Below are positions 25,865 through 36,456 of a stretch of 36,456 nt of DNA, piece after piece. The first letter of the stretch is position 1. Every line of letters begins with the position of its first letter. This DNA is from Candidatus Udaeobacter sp. (GTDB lineage: Bacteria > Verrucomicrobiota > Verrucomicrobiia > Chthoniobacterales > UBA10450). The notes below the pieces were generated by a model. It did no database searches. It had not been told where the DNA came from and saw nothing but the letters and a program-made list of their open reading frames with translations. The DNA is taken from assembly GCA_041487635.1 (NCBI GenBank), contig JBGPNR010000001.1, forward strand, positions 1 to 36,456, in the 5' to 3' direction. The position numbers and the translations under genes are program-made.

Positions 25865-28800
25865 ATGTCGGAACGCATTTACTTTGGAAGCATCAAGGAA
25901 GGCATCGAACCGCCAAATCTGATCGAGGTTCAGGCCAATTCATACGTCGATTTCCTCCAAAAAGACGTCCCTTACGCAAAACGGAAAAATCAGGGGCTCC
26001 AGGCTGTTTTCAAGGAGGTTTTCCCAATCGAAAGCTACGACGAGAAAGCGGTCCTCGATTTTAGTCACTATGACATTGGGGATCCGAAATTGGCGGCACT
26101 CGAAGCGCAGCGCGAAGGCCAGACCTATAGCGCGCCGTTGCACGTCACTTTCCAATTGCGAGAAGAGAAAGGCACGAAGGAAGAGAAGGTCTACATGGGT
26201 GAAATTCCGCTCATGACGCCTCAGGGCACGTTCGTCATTAACGGCGCGGAGCGCGTGGTCGTGAGTCAGCTGCACCGCTCCCCCGGAATCGCTTTCGAAT
26301 CAACCGTTCACGTCAATGGCAAGGTGCTCTACAGCTTCAGGATCATTCCGGACAGAGGTTCGTGGATCGAGGTGCAATTTGACACCGCTGATCTTCTTTA
26401 CATCTATCTCGATCGACGTAAGCGGCGCCGCAAATTTCTCGCCACCACGTTCCTGCGCGCGCTCGGCTATGGCTCTGACGAAGACGTCATCAAATTATTT
26501 TACAACATCGAGACCCTGAAACTGAGCGACAAACTCGATGAAGAGAAGCTGGCCACGAAGGTGCTGACTGCAGAAATCCGGGACGACGAAGTGACGGTCG
26601 CACGAGCTTTCGAACCGCTCACTCTGGCAACCGTTCGCCAGATCATGGCGCTCAAGATCACCGAGGTTAAAGTTATCGACATCGCGAATGACGACACAGT
26701 CGTGAAGGCGCTGAGAAAAGACCCAGCGCACGATCAGGAAGAGGCGCTCAAAGATATCTACCGCCGTCTTCGACCGGGCGATCCCCCAACGGTCGCTAAT
26801 GCCCGTGCTTTACTCAAAAGACTCTTTTTCGACCCGAAGAAATACGATCTTGGCCGTGTCGGCCGGTACAAGATCAATCAAAAACTTGGGATCAATATCG
26901 ATTCCACGGAACGTATTCTGACCGACAAAGACTTTATCGCGGCGATCAAATATTTGATCAATTTGCGTCGCGGGGAAGGGACGCTTGATGATATCGATCA
27001 CCTAGGCAGCCGGCGTGTCCGCACCGTGGGCGAATTGCTGGCAAACCAATGCCGCGTCGGTCTGGCGCGCACCGAGCGTCTGGTCAAAGAGCGCATGACC
27101 CTTTTCGACATCAACGTAGATGGGATGACCCCGCAGAAGCTGATTAATCCAAAAGCGCTCAGCGCAGTCATCCGAGATTTCTTTGGGCGTTCGCAACTCT
27201 CGCAATTCATGGATCAAACAAATCCGCTCGCGGAATTGACGCACAAACGCCGTTTGTCGGCACTTGGGCCCGGGGGCCTCAGCCGGGAGCGTGCGGGATT
27301 CGAAGTGCGCGACGTTCATCCTTCGCATTACGGGCGCATTTGTCCGATCGAGACTCCGGAAGGGCCAAACATCGGGTTGATTAGCTCGATGAGCACGTTT
27401 GCCCGCATCAACGAGTTCGGTTTCATCGAGACGCCTTATCGGAAGGTGGAAAAGGGCCGTGTGACGGACGAGATAGAATATCTCACAGCTGATCGAGAAG
27501 AGAATTTCCTCGTGGCGCAAGCCAATGCGCCTATTGACGGACGTGGCCATTTCACCGGGGAAAAAGTATCTGTGCGCTATCGTGGCGATTTTCTTGAAGT
27601 TGATCCAGCTAAAGTGAATTACATGGATGTGTCCCCGAAGCAGCTCGTCTCGGTGGCAGCAGGCCTTATTCCGTTCCTTGAACACGACGACGCAAACCGG
27701 GCGCTGATGGGATCCAACATGCAACGCCAGGGTGTGCCCCTGATCGTTTCCGAAGCGCCACTCGTAGGCACTGGGCTGGAAGAAAAAGTGGCGCGAGACT
27801 CGCACGCTGTTGTTCTGGCCACCGAGAGCGGCAAGGTCGCTTCGGTTACAGCGGATCAGATTGTTGTCACGAAAGATGGTCACCTGCCCGAGAGCAAAAG
27901 GAAACTTAAGACTGACCCTGAAGCCGGGATTTACGTTTACGAACTCCGCAAATTTATGCGCTCAAACGCCGGCACGTGCATAAATCAGAAGCCGATCGTG
28001 CACAAAGGCCAGCACGTGAAACGAGGCCAGGTCATCGCAGACGGCCCGAATACCGATCGTGGGGAGCTTGCGCTGGGACGCAATGTGCTGGTCGCGTTCA
28101 TGCCGTGGAACGGATACAACTTCGAAGATGCGATCATGATCTCCGAGAAGGTGGTGAAGGAAGACGTTTACACTTCCATCCACATTGACGAATTTGAGAT
28201 CGGCGCGCGCGATACCAAGCTCGGGCCGGAGGAAATTACGCGCGACATTCCCAATGTTAGTGAAGAAGCTTTGCGCAACCTGGGCCCGGATGGCGTAGTG
28301 CGCGTCGGAGCGGAGGTGAAGCCGGGCGATATCCTGGTTGGAAAAATCACGCCGAAAAGCGAGACAGAATTAGCGCCGGAAGAACGCCTGCTTCGCGCGA
28401 TCTTTGGCGAGAAAGCAGCGGACGTGAAAGATACATCGCTTACGGTCCCCTCCGGCACCTATGGGATCGTGATGGACGTAAAGGTCTCGTCCCGTCGCGA
28501 AGTCTCACGCGAAAAGCTCACGCCCGCGGAAACCAGACGACAGCTTAAAACCATCGGCGAAGAGCATAAGCGAAAGAAAGAGGCGCTGATTGAACAATTG
28601 ACCGATTCGCTTTCGAATGTCCTGCTGGGCGAAAAAGTCCCGCTTGATGTGGTAAACGCCAAAAACGGTGAGATCATTATTCCAGCCAATCGCAAAATCA
28701 CCAAAACGCTGTTGCGCAAGCTGGCGACGGCGCATGATCACGTCGAGATCGATCCGAGTCCGATTCGTAACAGGATCCGCGAAATCATTGGCTCGTACGA

Positions 28801-29659
28801 GCACAAATTTGCGGAGCTGGAACTCGAACGCGATCGCGCGACCGACCGGGTAGAGAGCGGAGACGATATCGACCCGGGAATCATCAAGCAGGTGAAGGTT
28901 TATATCGCCAGCAAGCGGAAGCTCAGTGTCGGCGACAAGATGGCTGGACGCCACGGCAACAAAGGCGTCGTCGCCCGAATCGTGCCTGAAGAAGACATGC
29001 CTTTCCTGGCAGACGGGACACCGGTTGAGATTGTGCTGAATCCGTTGGGGGTTCCCAGCCGTATGAATGTGGGACAAGTTTTGGAAACACACCTGGGCGT
29101 TGCCGCGAAGGCGCTCGGATTCAAAGTCGCGACTCCGGTGTTCGACGGAATCAAAGAGAAACAGATTGGCGAATACTTGAAGGATGCCAGAAAGAAGGAG
29201 GGCTTCACCTGGGTGCAAGACAACGGTAAAGCGCGCCTTTTTGATGGACGCACTGGCGATCCGTTCGATCAGGAAGTGGTGGTTGGCCACATCTACATGA
29301 TGAAGCTCGGTCACCTTGTTGCCGACAAGATTCACGCCCGCGCAGTCGGACCGTATTCGCTTGTTACTCAGCAGCCGCTTGGCGGCAAAGCACAATACGG
29401 GGGCCAACGCTTCGGCGAGATGGAAGTTTGGGCTCTTGAGGCGTACGGCGCCGCGTACACTTTACAGGAACTGTTGACTGTTAAGTCTGACGATGTGCAA
29501 GGCCGAACCCGGATTTACGAATCGATCGTGAAAGGCGACAACTCGCTCGAAGCGGGTACGCCCGAATCGTTCAACGTCCTGATTAAAGAAATGCAGAGCC
29601 TCGGCCTCGACGTGAAGGTGGGGGGGCAGCCGCCCAGCTTTCTGGAAAGCGTCGCATAA
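25865..29659 (+). CDS. rpoB: DNA-directed RNA polymerase subunit beta
   Basis: ATG at 25865 gives the canonical start [10 protein letters not shown]. Conserved blocks include [14 protein letters not shown] and [20 protein letters not shown]. Confidence 0.98.
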   Translation: MSERIYFGSIKEGIEPPNLIEVQANSYVDFLQKDVPYAKRKNQGLQAVFKEVFPIESYDEKAVLDFSHYDIGDPKLAALEAQREGQTYSAPLHVTFQLREEKGTKEEKVYMGEIPLMTPQGTFVINGAERVVVSQLHRSPGIAFESTVHVNGKVLYSFRIIPDRGSWIEVQFDTADLLYIYLDRRKRRRKFLATTFLRALGYGSDEDVIKLFYNIETLKLSDKLDEEKLATKVLTAEIRDDEVTVARAFEPLTLATVRQIMALKITEVKVIDIANDDTVVKALRKDPAHDQEEALKDIYRRLRPGDPPTVANARALLKRLFFDPKKYDLGRVGRYKINQKLGINIDSTERILTDKDFIAAIKYLINLRRGEGTLDDIDHLGSRRVRTVGELLANQCRVGLARTERLVKERMTLFDINVDGMTPQKLINPKALSAVIRDFFGRSQLSQFMDQTNPLAELTHKRRLSALGPGGLSRERAGFEVRDVHPSHYGRICPIETPEGPNIGLISSMSTFARINEFGFIETPYRKVEKGRVTDEIEYLTADREENFLVAQANAPIDGRGHFTGEKVSVRYRGDFLEVDPAKVNYMDVSPKQLVSVAAGLIPFLEHDDANRALMGSNMQRQGVPLIVSEAPLVGTGLEEKVARDSHAVVLATESGKVASVTADQIVVTKDGHLPESKRKLKTDPEAGIYVYELRKFMRSNAGTCINQKPIVHKGQHVKRGQVIADGPNTDRGELALGRNVLVAFMPWNGYNFEDAIMISEKVVKEDVYTSIHIDEFEIGARDTKLGPEEITRDIPNVSEEALRNLGPDGVVRVGAEVKPGDILVGKITPKSETELAPEERLLRAIFGEKAADVKDTSLTVPSGTYGIVMDVKVSSRREVSREKLTPAETRRQLKTIGEEHKRKKEALIEQLTDSLSNVLLGEKVPLDVVNAKNGEIIIPANRKITKTLLRKLATAHDHVEIDPSPIRNRIREIIGSYEHKFAELELERDRATDRVESGDDIDPGIIKQVKVYIASKRKLSVGDKMAGRHGNKGVVARIVPEEDMPFLADGTPVEIVLNPLGVPSRMNVGQVLETHLGVAAKALGFKVATPVFDGIKEKQIGEYLKDARKKEGFTWVQDNGKARLFDGRTGDPFDQEVVVGHIYMMKLGHLVADKIHARAVGPYSLVTQQPLGGKAQYGGQRFGEMEVWALEAYGAAYTLQELLTVKSDDVQGRTRIYESIVKGDNSLEAGTPESFNVLIKEMQSLGLDVKVGGQPPSFLESVA

Positions 29660-29689
29660 TTTTTAAAATCACAATCATTCGAGAAAATC

Positions 29690-33808
<4,119 letters not shown>

Positions 33809-33828
33809 GGGAAAGTTGGTGGTCTTTA

Positions 33829-33882
33829 GCTGAGAGCTGAGAGTGTTGTTGAAAACTCTCAACGCTCAACGTTGAACTCTCA
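33829..33882. repeat. inverted heptamer arrays forming a hairpin just downstream of rpoC
   Basis: GCTGAGA x2 (33829-33842) faces ACTCTCA/ACGCTCA/ACGTTGA/ACTCTCA (33855-33882). The proximal 7 bp pair perfectly. There is no clear T-run. Confidence 0.5.
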
Positions 33883-33945
33883 ATTGTTCGATTTCGACGC
33901 TTTGCTTTTTGAACGCGCGCTGGGTATCCTTCGCCTGTGCTGAAT

Positions 33946-34170
33946 ATGAAACACGTTCGGGACCGTTTGGGTCCGGACTTTCGGCCGTTCACAATTCATC
34001 TGACTGATGACCGAAGCTTCGAAGTGCCGCATCCTGGCTTTATTGCGGTCGGTCGCGGGTATGTCGCAATCGTGGACGAAAAAACGAATCGTCTGCACGA
34101 AATAGACGCGCTTCACATTGTCTCGCTGGACAGGGCTACTCCCGCCGACCAAACTTCGGACGGAAGTTAG
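33946..34170 (+). CDS. small conserved hypothetical protein
   Basis: ATG at 33946 (the ORF-track GTG start is at 33937). From memory, the 74-aa sequence (FRPFTIHLTDDRSFEVPHPGFIAVG) resembles small uncharacterised proteins common in Planctomycetes, Verrucomicrobia and cyanobacteria. Confidence 0.55.
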   Translation: MKHVRDRLGPDFRPFTIHLTDDRSFEVPHPGFIAVGRGYVAIVDEKTNRLHEIDALHIVSLDRATPADQTSDGS

Positions 34171-34174
34171 CCTT

Positions 34175-34720
34175 ATGTCGATTGTCACCAGAACGGGTGA
34201 TGGGGGCGAAACTTCGCTGATGTATGGGCGGCGCTTGTCAAAGGCCGATCCCCGGGTTGAAGCTTACGGATGTGTCGATGAGTTGACCGCCGCGCTCGGT
34301 CTGGCCCGATCCAGTTCGTCCGATAAATTGATTTCGGACGAGATCTTCGCCGCCCAAAAAGATTTGATTGTTGTGATGGGTGAGCTGGCAACGGCGCCAA
34401 GCGATCGGGAACGTTACGTTAAAGATGGCTTTCAACTTACGAGTTCAGCGATGGTGGACCGTATTACAGCGGTCATTTTCGAACTCGAGAAAGACAAAAC
34501 ACTTTATCCGAAAGATTGGGTGATCCCCGGCGCCACCGCACTTTCCGCGGCTCTCGATTTTGCTCGCGCAGTGTGCCGCCGCGCCGAGCGCCACATCGCG
34601 GCATTCAGCGCCGGAGAAAAGGATTTTAACGCCGAGATTTTGCGCTACCTCAATCGCCTTTCCGATCTTTGCTGGATTCTCGCCAGATACGCCGAGAAAG
34701 CCACCATCACTCATCACTGA
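34175..34720 (+). CDS. PduO-type ATP:cob(I)alamin adenosyltransferase
   Basis: ATG at 34175 gives the family-typical start MSIVTRTGDGGETSLMYGRRLSKADPRVEAYGCVDELTAALG. It also has the C-terminal motif RRAER. Confidence 0.88.
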   Translation: MSIVTRTGDGGETSLMYGRRLSKADPRVEAYGCVDELTAALGLARSSSSDKLISDEIFAAQKDLIVVMGELATAPSDRERYVKDGFQLTSSAMVDRITAVIFELEKDKTLYPKDWVIPGATALSAALDFARAVCRRAERHIAAFSAGEKDFNAEILRYLNRLSDLCWILARYAEKATITHH

Positions 34721-34883
34721 CCTGCCCGCCATGCCGTAGTCATACGAAGGCAGGTCACGCCGTAGGTTTAGCGAAGGCGGATCAACTATCCGCCTCCCCA
34801 AAAATCCCTCCCCACAGAGCTAATTTCCGCTATTTTCCGCGCTTCATATCGGAAAAAGTTTCAGCTAGGGTTTTGCCTCACAA

Positions 34884-35288
34884 ATGGCTTCGTTGGTATC
34901 CAAGGGGATAATCGTCTTGAAACCGGAAAACGTTGCTCAGCTCGTCTTCTTCATTCGTGGAGAAAAGGTCCTGCTCGATGCTGATCTCGCGATGCTTTAT
35001 GGCGTTGAGCCGCGCGTCCTGAATCAGGCGGTGGCGCGAAACCGCAAACGTTTCCCAGCGGACTTCATGTTTCAGGTTTCAGCTAGCGAGTACGACGCTT
35101 TGACATCACAGATCGTGATCTCAGACAAGGATGATGCCCGAGGCGCTCCAGCTTTGAGATCACAAATTGTGATCTCAAAGAAAGGCCGCGGCGGACGCCG
35201 CTACCGCCCGTATGCCCTTACCGAGCAAGGCGTCGCCATGCTCTCGAGCGTGGTGCACAAAGTCTCCAATCGATACTGGCCAAGCTGA
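34884..35288 (+). CDS. ORF6N-domain protein, internally duplicated and apparently C-terminally truncated
   Basis: Contains the ORF6N core [63 protein letters not shown]. The segment L(T/R)SQIVIS is present twice, 18 codons apart. From memory, family members normally continue after SSV with more conserved helices; this one ends shortly after. Confidence 0.7.
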   Translation: MASLVSKGIIVLKPENVAQLVFFIRGEKVLLDADLAMLYGVEPRVLNQAVARNRKRFPADFMFQVSASEYDALTSQIVISDKDDARGAPALRSQIVISKKGRGGRRYRPYALTEQGVAMLSSVVHKVSNRYWPS

Positions 35289-35311
35289 CCGCACAACTAT
35301 AACATTCATTC

Positions 35312-35518
35312 GTGACGACAACATTGACCATCGATGATGAGCTTTTCGACGCCGCGGCTCGTGCCATGAACTCGGCTGATCCGAACGAAGTAGTTGCGCG
35401 CGCGCTGCGTCTGGCAGCCGAGGACTCAATAGAGCTATACAGCCCCGAGCGTATTGCCGAGTTCGAGCGCGCTGAGAAGGAGCTGGAGGAGTTCTTTCGC
35501 CGCAAAGGACTGCGTTAA
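35312..35518 (+). CDS. VapB-like type II antitoxin (putative)
   Basis: 68-aa ORF with a GTG start. The N-terminus TTTLTIDDELFDAAARAM is typical of VapB/ribbon-helix-helix-type antitoxins. It ends 9 nt before the PIN gene. Confidence 0.6.
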   Translation: MTTTLTIDDELFDAAARAMNSADPNEVVARALRLAAEDSIELYSPERIAEFERAEKELEEFFRRKGLR

Positions 35519-35527
35519 CCCAGCCGA

Positions 35528-35872
35528 ATGCGGATCTTTCTCGATGCAAACATCCTCTTCTCTGCCGCCAATTCCTCCGGCTCAATACGACAGCTTTTGA
35601 ACATCGCTCGCGGAGCGGGACACGAATGTTGGGCCGACGAACACGTCATTCGCGAAGCGCATCGCAATCTCTTTCTCAAGCAACGAGAACGAGTCGCTGA
35701 TTTCGAACGGCTACTCACAGAAGTCCAATGCGCGACGAAACTCCCAAACCTGTCACTTCACGGGCTTGAGGCGCCATTACCAGAAAACGACCGCCGGGTT
35801 CTCGCCGCCGCGATTGCACTTGAATGCGATGCGTTACTTAGCGGCGATCAGACACATTTCGGACCGCTCTAA
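35528..35872 (+). CDS. PIN-domain toxin (VapC-like), truncated by an apparent 1-nt insertion
   Basis: Contains MRIFLDANILF (first acidic residue) and LLSGDQTHFGPL. The stop is at 35870-35872. The +1 frame continues (Y)GKIVNGVKICSPRQLAEDMVK to a stop at 35937-35939, which looks like the missing C-terminus. Confidence 0.7.
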   Translation: MRIFLDANILFSAANSSGSIRQLLNIARGAGHECWADEHVIREAHRNLFLKQRERVADFERLLTEVQCATKLPNLSLHGLEAPLPENDRRVLAAAIALECDALLSGDQTHFGPL

Positions 35873-35940
35873 CGGCAAAATTGTGAACGGCGTAAAGATT
35901 TGTTCGCCCCGCCAGCTTGCCGAGGACATGGTCAAATAGA

Positions 35941-36199
35941 CGATCACCGATCACTGATCACGAATCACTATTCACTTCTGACGCTCCCTTCTCCCTTTCC
36001 CCGTCTCTCAGCTCTCAACTCTCAACGCTCAGCCTTCTTTTCCTGCCACTGATCACCAGTCACTATTCACCATTCGCTTCCTCGCCTCCCTCCGTCTCTC
36101 AACTCCGTAAAAGGGGCGTGGCTCCGACTGAGCTTTACGCTCTCAACCCTCAACTCTTCCCTGTTCACCGATCACTAGTCACTAATCACTTTCTCCAAT
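35941..36199. repeat. G-poor block of interleaved heptamer tandem arrays
   Basis: GATCACT-type x5 (35942-35976), NCTCTCA x4 (36004-36031), CACNNNT x4 (36047-36074), NCTCTCA x3 (36139-36159) and NATCACT x4 (36163-36190). The + strand is strongly depleted in G. Confidence 0.7.
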
Positions 36200-36456
36200 C
36201 TAGCTCCCATCTTGTACCGCTTTCAGCCCGCGCTTGCGCAAGAAATCATGCAGCGGCACGAGGATGATCATCGAGAAATAAACCCAGCCGCTCCATTGGA
36301 TCTGTTCTGTCGGCAAAGTAAGCGCAAAGATCAGCGCCACGATCCCGACGCTCACCGGGACGCTCCAGCCGGTCAGCTCACCGCGCGTCACCAGTCTTTC
36401 CAGTGCATTCAATCGCAACGGGTCACGCAATTGCCAGGCACGCAGATTCAGGAGCA
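36200..36456 (-). CDS. partial hypothetical membrane protein (5' end outside the window)
   Basis: The minus-strand frame stays open to the window edge, upstream of the TTG used by the ORF track. It has hydrophobic segments VSVGIVALIFALTL and WVYFSMIILVPL. No family recognised. Confidence 0.45.
   Translation of the reverse strand, partial: LLNLRAWQLRDPLRLNALERLVTRGELTGWSVPVSVGIVALIFALTLPTEQIQWSGWVYFSMIILVPLHDFLRKRGLKAVQDGS

Noticed and set aside
27002-29407. Long antisense ORFs inside rpoB (27002-27883 and 28505-29407, minus strand), with similar ones inside rpoC, tuf, proC and the hydrolase genes
   Set aside because: These are shadow ORFs opposite strongly supported conserved genes. Their translations are low-complexity and Arg/His-rich, and they have no start context.
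35941-36199. Possible CRISPR array (also considered for 5790-5900 and 33829-33882)
   Set aside because: The repeat units are only 7 nt and directly abut each other. There are no 25-40 nt repeats separated by unique spacers, and no cas genes are in the window.
35917-36267. 116-aa + strand ORF across the heptamer-array block
   Set aside because: The translation is Ser/Leu/Pro low-complexity sequence generated by the 7-nt repeats, with no start context. It is treated as non-coding repeat DNA.

Overview
This is a chromosomal window built around the canonical translation/transcription super-operon: tRNA-Thr, tuf, tRNA-Trp, secE, nusG, rplK ... rplA, rplJ, rplL, rpoB, rpoC. The repeat families and protein types suggest a soil Verrucomicrobiota-like bacterium, but that is memory-based inference and cannot be verified here. 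Upstream are housekeeping genes: proC, rmuC, a secreted DUF885 protein, an S41 peptidase, tsaD, a polyprenyl synthase, an EamA transporter and a TPR protein. Downstream are a small conserved protein, a PduO-type adenosyltransferase, a decayed mobile remnant (ORF6N protein plus VapB-like/PIN pair) and a partial membrane protein. The main anomaly is a 10.35-kb block (13463-23813) between rplK and rplA, a pair that is normally contiguous. The block starts 11 nt after the rplK stop with a frameshifted HNH homing-type endonuclease, followed by an orphan 361-aa protein with nuclease-like motifs. It continues with a translationally coupled minus-strand operon (S15 CocE/NonD hydrolase, unknown secreted protein, second DUF885 paralog), a DUF2723 GT-C membrane protein with TPRs, and an amidohydrolase. 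Intergenic DNA is full of inverted-repeat miniature elements and heptamer-periodic tandem arrays. One miniature element sits in frame inside the essential gene tsaD, and another supplies the tsaD start codon. No CRISPR array, rRNA, integrase or transposase was found.
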